Assembly: GCA_028534125.1 (NCBI GenBank)
Contig: CM052816.1
Coordinates: forward strand, 69,070,001-69,134,000
Reading direction: 5' to 3'
DNA length: 64,000 nt
From: Lama glama
Lineage: Eukaryota
Shown here: positions 50,163 through 62,642 of the stretch, one piece after another
Numbering within the stretch: the first letter of the stretch is position 1
Layout: every line of letters begins with the position of its first letter
The notes under the pieces: generated by a model
Seen by the model: the letters and a program-made list of their open reading frames with translations, nothing else
What the model was told of the DNA's origin: nothing
Databases searched by the model: none
Program-made: the position numbers and the translations under genes

Positions 50163-52213
50163 GAGCAGTTGTCAAGGAGGGAAACAAAGTTCTCATTGAC
50201 CGATCTAAGTTAGATGCTTCCAACCTCTTATTTAAATTGCCCAAATCTCAGCGCTTTTCATATGAAATTTTGTTCCAAGTTACATCTCTTCCTCACCATG
50301 GAACTATTATGGTTGGAGAGAGAAATATTACCAAAAGAAAACCCAATTTCTCCCAGTATATAATTAATAAATTTGGAATCACATACCTTCATGATGACTC
50401 TGAATCACTGGCTGATAATTTTACCTTTGCTGTTTGGCCCAATCCAAAGAGCAAGTCCTCCACTAAGCCAGAGGCTGACTTTCTTGAAGAAATGTTTAAC
50501 ATCACCGTCACTCCTGTAAATGACCAGGCCCCAGAATTAAAGACAAAAGGGCTTCGGTTGAAGGTTCTGCAGGGCGATAGGTTGGTTTTAGGACCCAAAA
50601 ACCTTAAAGTGGAAGATCTAGACAGTCCTCCAGAGGAGATCAGGTATATGATCATCCGTAATCCTAATAATGGCTTTCTGGCAATGGCTTACCATCTAGA
50701 CACAACTGTTCACCATTTCACACAAGCTGACATTGATAACTCTCAGGTGTGGTTCATACAAGATGGAAGCCCATCCTCGGGAGTGTTTTACTTTAGCGTG
50801 AGTGATGGCCAACACCGCCCACTCTACAAGCTCTTCCACCTGGAGGTCATCCCCATCTCCATCACCCTTGTGAACCTCACTGACCTATTTCTCCCACAAG
50901 GCCAGACAACCATCCCCATCACCAGTGCTCACCTATCAGCAATGACCAATGGGAGGAGCCCCCAAATCACCTACAAGATAACACGGCCCCTCCAACATGG
51001 GCATCTGCTTATTGAAAACCAGGCAGTTATCAGCTTTGGACAGGAGGATCTGGATTCAGGAAGGCTCTCTTACCACATGACAAACCTCACCGCCTCAGAG
51101 GACCAGCTACAGTTCTCACTGTTTACATCAGAAAGCAACCTGACAGGACAAACACTGAGCATCAGAGTGCAGCCTTTACTGCAGGTTATGTCAAACCTGA
51201 CAATTGTCAACCACGTGGCTCATCAGCTGAAAAGAAAAGACCTTGATGCTACTGAGCTTGCGAACAGAACTAACAGTGATCCTAAATTTGAAGTGACAGA
51301 ACCTCCAGTCCATGGAAGACTTGTACGAAGAGTGGGCCGAGGCACTGTGATGGAAGACGCTATTCTGTTCACCCAGAGGGACATTGACCAAGGGCTGCTG
51401 ATGCTCAAGTCACACGCCAACCTAACAGGCATCAGTGCGCTGAATGACTCCTTCACTTTCTTGCTCAGTGCAGACCACGTACAGCCAGCAAAAGGTTATC
51501 TCCCATTCACCATAGTGCCACTTGACCCCTTTATTTTGCAAACTTTTACCCCTGATGTTTCTTTATTAGTCACCACAGATAACCTTATGACTTCAGATCT
51601 CTCTCAGGAAAAGTTTGTGGCTTCCTCAGGACCCATCACACAGACAGGAACTCTGGGGAAGCTGACCCAGACCAGATGGCAGGAAGCAGATCCCTGGGAA
51701 CGACTCAGTGGTGAAGACTCCACTCTGGATGGCAAGGTCTCTCCCACCAGAGTCATTTGGCCACCAGATGCCACCAAAGCCAGTCCTGGGGCACCCACTC
51801 AGCCCAGGGAGAGCATTCACCCTCTGATGGTCATCGTACCTTTGGCTGTGGTGTTCTTCCTGCTGATAGTAACTGCAGTGGCCTTGTGTGTCTGGCTGCT
51901 AGGCCGGAAGGTGGAAAAGGCAAAACCTCTTATCAAGCCCCAGACCAACCTAGAACCCACAACCCCAGGTTCTAGGAGAGAAAAGAGCATAACTGTTCCC
52001 ACTGTCACAGTGACACCCCTTCTACAAAGCTCCAGCCGTCCTCCAGGAAGTCTTTTCAGAGCCCTACAATGTCAGCACATGGAAAAATCTCCAGTCACTG
52101 AGCCCATGGAAAAATGTGCTCCCTGGGAGACATGGGTGACTCTGAATCCCGACATGATCAAGCTTTGCCGACAAACCAATCCAGCACTGAAGCACAACCA
52201 GTACTGGGTGTAG
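50163..52213 (+). CDS. CSPG4B: CSPG4B terminal coding exon: CSPG repeats, S/T/P stalk, TM helix (~51824-51901) and cytoplasmic tail with PDZ ligand QYWV
   Basis: Acceptor ttgttttaacag|GA (phase 1). Translation GAVVKEGNKVLIDRSKLDASNLL...; hydrophobic segment LMVIVPLAVVFFLLIVTAVALCVWLL. The end, CRQTNPALKHNQYWV*, resembles CSPG4's CRTPNPALKNGQYWV. TAG at 52211-52213. Confidence 0.93.
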
Positions 52214-53104
52214 ACTGAGGGTGCTTGTTCCTTACTGACCAACTACTATGTGCCAGGTATTGGGATAGGCACTGGGATACAAAGGCAAAGAAATGCTACT
52301 TAGGTCAATTGAGAAAAGCCCAGCCCTTCCAGTCCCTTGGTGCTCAGCTGTAGACCCGTGGTTAGATGTTAGCAGGTGTTTATTGTAACTTTTATACAAC
52401 ACTCATCTTATGGGCTTTCCACAATGAGCTTTGTGTGCCCTCTTCTGGACCTGCTGCTCTGACCATACATGAGATTTTTGTCAATATTTAACCCCTTTAC
52501 CAAGGTGCGACAGAGCATGCTGGCCTGACTGGGGATTAACATGGGAGCTGAGTTAATGGAGGAAAGCTTTGCACATTTTTCAGATGATTCACTCTCTCTG
52601 AGTGAGTCAGTGAGGAAGTGAAGGAACTGTTTCAGCAAGTAGAAGAGGTAATTTATCAAATCAGTGAGTTTGTTTCTAGTCTTTTCCTCCTTGGAGTCTC
52701 TGGGTTTGACTTCCTAAAGCAGGAAATGTGTTGTTACCCCAGATAGTGAGACAGTCTGGCCCCCTTTGAAGATATTCACTGAACACATTGCATTTCATCA
52801 AGAGGCTTTGTCTATTCTGATTTGTAATATCAAGCCTATAGTATAGTACAAGCCTATAGTATTATTTGAAGCCCTAAGGAATAGGAAAGTTTGTTAAATG
52901 CTTTTGTGATGCCTCAATTTGGCTTAACTTTACAACGAAGTGAAATAATGACAAATTTGTATTTGACTTGCCTAGTAGAGCCTACCATAGGCCAACTCAG
53001 CTTCAGTTTCCATAACTGTAAAGTGGAGATATCAGTACTTGTATTAGCTAGGAATGCTCTGGGTAGCAAATCACAAGACATCTGCTACAAGTGGGGCTAA
53101 GGTT

Positions 53105-53263
53105 GGGGATTGGCAGACCTTTTCTGTGCAGAGACATATAGTAAATGTTTTAGGCTTTGTGGGCCATGTATGGTTGTTTTATTTTTTTAACAACCTTTTA
53201 GAAATGTAAAAACAATTCTTAGTTCCTAGTTTTGACCCACAGACCATAGTCTGCCAACCATTG
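53105..53263. mobile_element. MER58A-like hAT MITE nested in an MLT1-like LTR (~53040-53800)
   Basis: GGGGATTGGCAGAC..TTCTGT..ATAGTAAAT..TTTTAGGCTTTGTGGGCCA...CCATAGTCTGCCAACC. Confidence 0.7.
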
Positions 53264-53820
53264 GTTTAGCTAAGCAATAAAAGTGTTGAATTGTTTCAAC
53301 TAACAAGCAGCCTGAGGTGGACATTCCAAGGCTGGTTCAGGAGTTCAAAGACATCATGAGCACTGATGCTCTTTTGTTCTTCCTGCTCTACCTTCCCCAG
53401 GCTACTGGCGTTTCATCCCTTTGTTTTGTCCCTTGTGATGGTGAGATGGCTGCTGAAGCTCCAAGCAGTATTGTCACATTCAAAGGCAAAAATCCTAGTG
53501 GGGAGAAAAGGAGAGGTGGCAAAAAGACTTTTTCTTAGAGAGGATCTTATTTATTATTATTTATTAATATTTTTTAAAAATCTTAAAGCTTTCCCAAACA
53601 TTTTCCTCCTTTTAATGTCTCATTTGTCTAGAACTGAGCAACATGATTCCCACCCCTTGACCAGTCATCGGCAAAGGGAAATGGAATTCTCATGACTGAC
53701 CTCTCTTCTGGGGCTGGGAGAGGATTCTGCCAGGTCAGAGATCAATGAATCAGCCCACCATGTAATTAGGGAAGGCTGGGAAATGGCAATTAGACAATGA
53801 GTAGAATCTACTAAGGTAGT

Positions 53821-53950
53821 GGGGAGGGTATAGCTCAGTGGTAGAGTGCATGATGCTTAGCAAGCATGAGGTCCTGGGTCCAATCCCCAGTGCTTCCATT
53901 AAAAAAAAAAAAAAGAAAGAAAGAAAAGGGAAAAAATATACATTAAAAAA
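53821..53950 (+). mobile_element. tRNA-derived SINE (Vic-1-like)
   Basis: GGGGAGGGTATAGCTCAGTGGTAGAG...GAGGTCCTGGGTCCAATCCCCAG plus a poly(A) tail. Confidence 0.85.
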
Positions 53951-54068
53951 TCAACTAAAATACTCTAAGTATTGAAATACTTGGGAAACAAAGCTTTTGA
54001 TCTTTCAAATTGGTGTCTCCTATAATATCTCCCTTTCATATTTTAATGATTTTCTTGAAGCCAGCGAC

Positions 54069-54281
54069 CAGTGTTTCTAAGGTGGGGAGAGGAATTTCCC
54101 CCTAGGGGGCATTTGGCAATGTAAGGAGACATTTTTCGTTTTCATGACCAGTGCTGCTGGCATCTAGTGAGTACAGACCAAGGACCCTGCTAAATATCCA
54201 ACAATGCACACACAGGACAGCCCCCACAACAAAGAATTATCTGGCCCAAAATGTCAGTAATGCCAAGGTTGAGAAACCCTG
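54069..54281. mobile_element. MER20-like hAT MITE
   Basis: CAGTGTTTCT...CATTTGGCAATG..GGAGACATTTTT...CCCACAACAAAGAATTATCTGGCCCAAAATGTCA..GGTTGAGAAACCCTG. Confidence 0.85.
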
Positions 54282-57200
54282 GTTAAAGTCATAGTTAAGT
54301 TTCCCTTCATACCCAGTGAAGGATTAATAAGCCCATTACCAAATCTAGGCAAAAACTGTATCCTAAAAATAGAATGGAAAGGTGAAAATTCCAAAGTGTG
54401 TTTGAAACTGATTAGCTAATGGTAAACATGAACATTTTTTAAAGAGATTGTATTAAAAACCAAACAAAACTTGAGCAGACTCATTTCTCTATATTCCATG
54501 TCTAAGGAAAAATTTTTGCCTTGTATTAACAGGTGGAACACATCAGGAAAAAAAGAGAAAATATGGGGTAGGATATTTACAAAGGTAAAGATGAGGTCAA
54601 AGTGTCCCCAAAAATCTGATGCCTCTGATGTGTTCCATATGGAGAAGGCTTTTTTTCTCACCCTCTCCCTTTTCTGCTCTTCTAGGTTGCTTTTCTCTCC
54701 CCACCAAAATTTAACTGCTCTTTATGGAAACAGATTTCACAGTCTACAGAATAAATGGAAGCACAGCATATGTGGGCCTAGAGACAACTACCCTTGTCTT
54801 AGATCCCTGGCTCCAATGCTACAACTTGCCACCATCCCTGGCCATGGACAATTGTTGCCAATGAAGACATCTCTATTCTTCTTCTGAAAGCAATTCTCTC
54901 CTGCATTTCTGGATTCTGAGTTTTACATAGTCCCTCTCAACTGTTTTTTGTATTTGATCCCCTTAGAAAGGAGGAGGAATGAGAGTCTTAACCCAAGGTT
55001 GGCTTAATCACTGTACAACTCAGAAGTGTTCTTGGGCCTGTTCTAAGCAGCTGGGCACTCAGAAGAAGCAGAATAAGTTGTGTGAGCTCATACACAGAAA
55101 GAGAAGGCTGAGGAGCATCTCTGCATGCAGCAAGTGGGTTTTGCTCTCCCTCAACTAGGCAAGGAGAATGCCTGTTCTTTGTGGAAGAGCCAGACATACT
55201 TGGCTCTGTGATCACGTTGGCCTCTTCCTTACTTCAGCCATAAAATCTCTGGAGCTAGGATTACCAGCCTAGCCAAACAGAAAAAAAGTCTGCTTTCACT
55301 CCTCTTTTTCCTGTTAACTCTGCTACTCTAGACAAAAAAAATTTGGTGTCATATTGGAATGAGACCCATACCAATACTTTAAAATGATAATTCATGTTGT
55401 TTGTGAATGTGCCTGCTAGAGCAAGAATGTCAGTGTGAGATCCAGATGTCAAGACTCGGTCATGAATCAAGTAATTCATATAGAGCTTGGAAAGGTTTCT
55501 TCCAGAGGATCTGGAATAGTCTACCAATTTACAGATGGGTTCAATTAGAAGGAAACAATGCCTACCATTTGATGCTGGCTCAAATAAAACATGAAATAAA
55601 ACATTTTGGCAAAGCCTTGTTTAGTGCTGAAAATCGAAGTTTTGGAAACTGAAAATCAGTCTGAAATGGTTTTTCCCATATGCAGAGCTATAACTGCATA
55701 GTCTCTGTCATAATGAATTCACTGCCTCTTAACAAATGACTGGTGATTTAATAAGTGGATGTTAAGGGTATCAGAGGAGTGGCTAATTTTGCTTAAGAGA
55801 AGGTATACTTTGGGGTGAGCTGGGAGTGGAGAGTCCAATTTCTTTCCGTATCTGGAGGCTATGGCCGATTCTAACCTTTCAGAGATTCTGCTCAAACATT
55901 TGGCTGTACTTCCTTAGAGTTGTGCATTTAATTAGGTAAAGTGGAGTGACACAGAATCTATTCTTCAGATTTCTGAGGCTGAAGTAGGCACATTTGGAGA
56001 GTGAACAGTAGGTAATGGGAGGTGGCACATATCGGATGACATTCCCTGAATTAGGGGATGGGGTTATACTACACACCTCTTGGCTCTTTCAGCGGCATTG
56101 TAATTAATAATGAGGTTCAGTTTGGCCCTGTGTAGGGAGAGATGTGGGAATGAATGTGAGTGCGGAGCCCACTGTGTGGCATACTGAATGATGGAGACTT
56201 GGCCGGGCTGGTCAAGAACGCCACTGGCTATTTCATGGGGACCTGAAAGGGGCTGCCTTTTCATAGTGATCTGCAAATAGTTTTTAGGCACCTACTGCAT
56301 GTGAGACACTAGATACCAGATACTGCTTCTAGGTATTGAAGATGCATGACTTTGTCCTGAAAGGAAATTTTTGGTCTGTTTCCTCTATTGGCTCTTCCAG
56401 AATCATTCAAGGAATGCCAGGAGAAAGGAGGGTACAGAAAAAGAAGGACAAAGGGAAACAGAGGTTAGAAAAATGGCTTCGTGTTTTCACTCGAAGTGCT
56501 CTTATGTAAGTGCTGCCCACCCAGTTGTGCAGCCAAAATTAGGGAGCTCACAGTCCACCAACCTCCACATGTCTCAGCCCGCCCCTGGGTCATTGTCCCT
56601 CAGTGTGCCTCACTCATATTCTCACCAGGCCTGGTGGCATGGCAGAGGGGTTGAACAACAGACTGGGTCTGTTTTGGATCCTGGCTCTCCACTTCCAAGC
56701 AGTGTGACTTTGAGTAACTTATTCAGTCTCTCTGAACTTTAGTTTCTTTAGCCGAATGGGGATAATATTAGCACCTAACTCTTTGGGTTTTATTAGGGTT
56801 TAGTGATATAATCACTTGACTTTAATATCATAATCATATTTGTACAATATTTTCAATGCATCAGGCACTGTACTAACTGCTACAGAGGAATTTTCTTACC
56901 TAGGGTTTTAATGCCTTTTAAAAGGATTAACACATTGAGTCACTTGAGTAGACCAGAGGCTCATATTCTACCCAAAGCAGTGCATTACTGGCAGTAGAAT
57001 TTCAGGAAGTGATTTAGGGTTGAATGAGGTGTTTTTAAGGAGAGGAGCTTCCCAAATGCAGACAGGGCTTTCCTCTTCCTCCTTAGGCAGAGGCTGGCAA
57101 GAAAGTGGATGAAGGATGAAGGAGAGAGTACACCAGGAACACTCGCAAGAGGCAGACTCAAGCTTGGAGTATTGATGGTTCTCTAACTTGTAGGCAGTGC

Positions 57201-57757
57201 TGATAAAACACTCTGCACTGTTTCCTTCCTATCCAAGCTGAATCAAATCCCTACATCAACCAGCCTCTTGACTTTGAACACTTACCTCCTCTTCTTCCTG
57301 CCAACCCAGTATTCTCAGGCATTCATGAGCTAGTAATCTTACTTAAGTCCAGGATTGGCAAAGGACTGACACTTTAAAAAAAAATTAATATCCTTTAGCA
57401 AAATAAAAAGTGCTGCTTACTATCGCCGTAATTTCATTTTTAAAGTAAGAACAGAATTTTATAATAAAGAATTTTATGGAAAAAAAGTAAGCGGCTTCAT
57501 GAAAAATTTTCTCCTTTGCCCAGACTTGACCTTGGCCTGGGAAAACCTTATCACAAGCCAACAAGGTCATGAACCCCCATGTGGAGGCCATGCTTATGGG
57601 TGTATGGTCAGAGCTGAGGGAAAGGCAGGGAAGAGGGAACTCAGCTCCTCAGTGTCAGTGTTTCTTGTGGAGATGTGGTCAGAAGTACCTGGGGGGGGTG
57701 TCTGTGTGTGAGGGGAGGAATAGGGGTGAGGGGCAATTTGCTACTTAAGAGTCTAGA

Positions 57758-57925
57758 CAAGGCCAGGTCATGTGCAACCAGTGCAGTCACACAGTGCCCA
57801 CTTTCAGAGGGACCTTGAGCTTAATGCCCCGCTGTCACCATCTGGAAATTCTAATCATTTTTGAACAAGGACCCCACATTTGCATGTTTCACTGGACCCT
57901 AAAAAATTCAGTAGTTGATTCTGAG
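57758..57925. mobile_element. MER91-like hAT MITE
   Basis: GTGCAGTCACACAG..GCTGTCACCATC.GAAATTCTAAT..TTTTTGAACAAGG..TTTCACTGGACCC. Confidence 0.6.
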
Positions 57926-58820
57926 ACCTCACAGAACTTACCTGTTGGTTGCATCAGACAGCTCTTAAGCATTGTTTCAAATTCTCTTAACTGGGCTTCC
58001 TCCTCTCACCACAGCTGTGGCTACCGGCTCCAGATATGTTTACAGCTATAAAGTGAGTGTGTGGTGTGCTTTGTGCGTTCTACCTTGGGTCGCTCTGTCT
58101 CCACAGTATGCCCGTGGGAACTTGTGTTTGCACAACCCATAAGTAGGGAGAGTTTACTCCCCACAGAACAGCCCTTGGCCAGCGGTGAAGTGGAGCTGAT
58201 AGATACTTTCTCCTTTCATCCCATGGGTGACTGTTCTGAAATGCATTCTGCGAATCTTCTCAGAATGTCCTGAAGACTGAGCACAAGTATATTGGTGTAT
58301 GGACACTTCCGTTCCTGTTTATTATTTCTGTCTCTCTCACAGAGGAGCCTGAGCTTTGGAGGAAACCCAGGCCAAGACAATAGTTCGCATTCTCCTCATA
58401 TTATGTGCCCTAGGACTGTGGACTATGGACCCTGAGGCTCTTGACTCTTGCACAACCCTGAGGCACACAGTTATGCCCTGGGTTACTTGCCTCCAGGGTT
58501 TGTACCCTGCAGGACCCTTTATCTGCAGCAGCCCAGGTCTGCTGAGACATGGCTGGCTGTCTACAGATGGGATCCAGGAGGCCTTGTGCTGATGGGCTCC
58601 ATTTTGGCATTATGCTAAGAAGTTAGGCTTTTCCCAAATAGCCTTCTAGCTGAAAATCTCCTCACTCTTAATTATAGTTTCTCTGCTGGTTGTGTTGGGT
58701 CCTAGGAACACTCATTTACCACAACTGTTAGCAAGACCGAGATTTACTGCATTTTGTAATATTTGTAAAACTCTCCTCTCATTTCATTTCAGCACTGCTC
58801 ACCAAAGTCTGCATCAGCAC

Positions 58821-61255
58821 TTTTTTTTAAAAAAAGTACAGCTTTATTGAGATATTATTTACATACTATACAATTCCCTCCAAGTATACAATTCAATAGT
58901 TCTTAGTATAGTATATTCACAGAGCTGTGCAGCCATCACTATAATCAATATTAGAATATTTTCATCACTGCAAAAAGAACCCCTGTACAGTCACTCTCCA
59001 TTTACCCCCAAATCTCCCAGTACTAAGCAACTACTAATTTACTTTCTGTCTTTGTGAATTTGCCTATTCTGGAAATTTCATATAAACAGAATCATACAAT
59101 AATATTTGGTCCTTTGAGACTGGCTTCTTTCACTTAGCATAGTGTTTTCAAGGTTCATCATGTTGTAGCATGTATCAGTTCCTTTTCATGGCTGTATAGT
59201 GTTTCATTGTATGGATATACCACATTTAATTTATCAATGCATCAGTTAATCGACATCTGGGTTGTTTTCACTTTTTGTTGACTATTGTGAAAAAAGCTTG
59301 TATGAATATTCATAAACCTGCTTTTATGTATATATGTTTTCATTTCTTTTAGATATATACGTAGAAGTGGAATTGCTGGGTAATATGGTAATTTTATGTT
59401 TAACCTTCTGAGAAACTGCCAGACTGTTTTCCAAAGTGGCTGCCACATTTTACATTCCCACTAGCAGTGTATGAGAGTTCCAATTTTTCTACATTCTCAC
59501 CAATACTTATTATATGTCTTTTTTATTTTAGCCATCCTAGTGGTGTGCAGTGGTATCATATTGTGGTTTTGATTTGCATTTCCCTAATTACTAATGATGT
59601 TGAACATCTTTTCATTTACTCACTAGCCATTTGTATATCTTCTTTAGAGAAATGTTTATTCAGATCCTTTTTTAATTGGGTTGTCTTTTTTTTTCCTCAG
59701 TTTTATTATGTAGAATTATTACAGTCTTTTTATTCTTGAGTTATAAGAGATATTTATATGTTATGGATAGTAATTCTTATCAGATATGTGATGTACAGAA
59801 GTTTTCTCCCATTTTGTAGATTGTTTTTTCACTTTCTTGATGATATCCTATGAAACACAAAAGGCTTTAATTTTTATGATGTCTAATTTATCTACTTTTT
59901 ATTTTGTTGCTTGTACTTTTGGTGCAGTATCTGAGAAAACATTTCCTAATTCAGTTATGAAGATTTATGCCTGTGCTTTCTTATGAGTTTTATAGTTTAG
60001 GCCTTTGACAAAATTATATCTTTGACTTATTTTGAGTTCATTTTTATATATGGTATGTATAGTATGAAGTAGAGGTCCAACTTCATTCTACTGCACGTGG
60101 ATGTATACTTGTCCTAGCACTATTCATTGAAAAGACTAACATCTCCCCATTTAATTGTCTTTACTCTCCTGTCAAAATTGAGCTGGCCATAAAGTGATTA
60201 TTTCTGTACTCTCAGTTCTATTCTGTTGATCTTTGTATCTGTCCAGTTCCACTCTTCTTGATTACTATAGCTTTATAGTAAGTTTTGAAATTGGGAAGTG
60301 ACTTCTTCAATGTCATTCTTCTTTTTCAAGATTGTTTTGCCTAATTTAGGCTCCTTTAATTTCCACATGAACTTTAAAATCAGCTTGTCAATTTCTGCAA
60401 AGAAAGTGGCAAAGATAGAGATTTCATTGAATTTATCTGTAGATAAATTTGGGGACTATTACAACTTAATAATATTAAGTCTTCTGATCCATGAACGTAA
60501 GATGTCTTTCCATTTATTTAGGTTTTCTTTAATTTTTCCCAGCAATGTTTTGTTGTTTTCAGTGTACAAACCTTGTACTTCCTTGGTTAAATTTGTTCCT
60601 GAGTATTTTATTCTTTTTGAAGCTATTTAAGTGAAATTGTTTTCTTAACTTTAATTTTTGCTTATTGCTAGTGTACAGAAATACTACTGATTTTTGTATA
60701 TTGATTTTGAAACCTGCAACTTTGTTGAAATCTTTTCATTTTAACTGTTTCTTAATGGATTCCTTGGGATTTTCTACATACAAGATTATTTCACTTGCAA
60801 ATGCAGATTGTTTTGCCTTTCCAATCTAGGTTCCTTTAATTGTATTTTCTTGCCTAATTACCCTACTAGAACTTCCAGTATAGTGCTGAGTAGGAGTGGT
60901 GAGAGTGGACCTCCTTGTCTTGTTCTTGATCTTATGGAGAAAGTTCACTCTCTTGCCATTAAGTATATTGCTAGCTATTGGTTTTTTGTAGATGCCCTTT
61001 ATCAGGTTGATGAAGTCCCTTTCTGTTCCTAGTATGTTGAATGCTTTTATCATGAAGGGATGTTGAGTTTTGTCAGATATTTTTCTTGTATTTACTGAGA
61101 TGATCATGTGGTTTTTGTTTTTTATTCTACTGATACCGTATTACACTAATTAATTTTTAGATATTTAACCAACTAATCCCACTTGGTCATGGTGTATAAC
61201 CCATTATATACCTTGCTGGATTTGTTTTGTGAGTATTTTTGAGGGTTTTTGCATT
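58821..61255 (-). mobile_element. ~2.4-kb degraded LINE-1 (ORF2 RT region to 3' UTR)
   Basis: Minus-strand peptides MIISVNTRKISDKTQHPFMIK (RT domain) and [27 protein letters not shown]; many stops. Confidence 0.9.
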
Positions 61256-62138
61256 CTTCTTGCACTCTTGCTATAAGTCTCTCATTTCAGGGGCATGCAC
61301 TCAAACAGAAGAATGTATATTGAGTGGATATCAAACAGTTTTTACCTAGGAAGGTTTGTTTTATTGTGGAATAAAAATAGAATGTATTTGGGCATTTTAA
61401 ATGCTTGAGTCTGTGAGGAAGGAGCTGAAATATTTTGTTTTGGTTTAGTGTGCAGATCATATTTGGAAAGATAACTGATACTTGAGTAAACTTCTGGGAC
61501 AGGAGTATACACCAGAACTATACTGGAGAAGTTAATCTTAAACTGTTCTACACTAGGTGGCTGTGTCTGTTTCTGCCCCTTCCCTAGCTCACCCCAGATG
61601 ATTGTTAAAGGTGAGGTTGTTCTAGCAAGCTGGAAGAGCCAAGAGGCATAATGCAAACTTTGTTTGCTTTGAGGATGGATATCCAAGATCATAGAATGTT
61701 ACAATGGAACATTCAGTTAAAACACCAAGACAACAGATATCACAGTTTAAAGTAAAGGGCTTCACCATGATAAAAATCTTTTTCCAAAGAAGTGATAGAA
61801 AGCAGGCTAGTTGACTCTTAAACTCCTTCTTGACATTTTGAGTGGAAAACAGTCAGGAATTAGAAATGAGTGAAGAAAAATTTGAGAGAAAGCTGTTCTT
61901 TTGCCATGAGTCCTACCCGACCTCTACCCTCAAGGGAAGGTCTAGGAGGGTCTGAACTTTCAACTTAAGCTTAGGGAAAGGAGATTCAAGGGGTCTACAC
62001 AGAGAGCTTAAGATATGTCTTCTGTATCTGAGGAAAAAAATGAGAGAGAGACCTACTAGTTGCTTTGATTGTGGTTCACTGGAGTGGTGGCCATGATAGG
62101 AGGTTATCTTTCCAGAACTGTGAGGCCATTGGGTAATA

Positions 62139-62642
62139 CAGAAATTCCCTGACTTATGATAGTTTAACTTATGATTTTTAGACTTTATCGTGGTGCAAAA
62201 GCAATATTCATTCAGTAGAAACCATACTTCTAATTTTGAATTTTGATGTTTTCCCAGGTCAGCAGTAATACAGCAGATACTCTCTCCAGATGCTGGGTAG
62301 TGGCAGCGAGTGCAGCTCCTAGTCAGTCATGCAATCATGAGGGTAAACAACCGATACACATATGACCATCCTGCACCCATACATCCATTCTATTTTTCAC
62401 TTTAAGTACAGTATTCAATAAATTACATGAAATATTTAACACTTTATCATATAATAGGCTTTGTGTTGGATGATTTTGTCCAACTGCAGGCTAACGTTAG
62501 TGTTCTGATCATGGTAAAGTAGGCTATGCTAAGCTATGATGTTTTGTAGGTTAGGTGTATTAAAGCATTTTTGACATACAATATTTTCAACTTATTATGG
62601 GTTTATCAGGATGTAACCCCATGGTAAGTCAAGGAACATTGG
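62139..62642. mobile_element. Tigger5/MER47-like DNA transposon derivative
   Basis: Terminal inverted repeats CAG..TTCCCTGACTTATGAT / ATGGTAAGTCAAGGAACATTG; TA precedes the left end. Confidence 0.7.

Noticed and set aside
1..52213. FRAS1, FREM1-3 or canonical CSPG4 identity
   Set aside because: No Calx-beta domains between the CSPG repeats and the TM helix, and the QYWV tail is CSPG4-family; the sequence is too divergent from CSPG4 for a mammalian orthologue.
52830..52862. Short tandem duplications (CAAGCCTATAGTAT twice; also ~18211-18234 and ~44519-44549)
   Set aside because: Ordinary slippage duplications with no functional cue.
53821..53895. Functional tRNA gene
   Set aside because: The tRNA-like head is degenerate and followed by poly(A) rather than a T-run terminator; related dispersed copies show it is a SINE.
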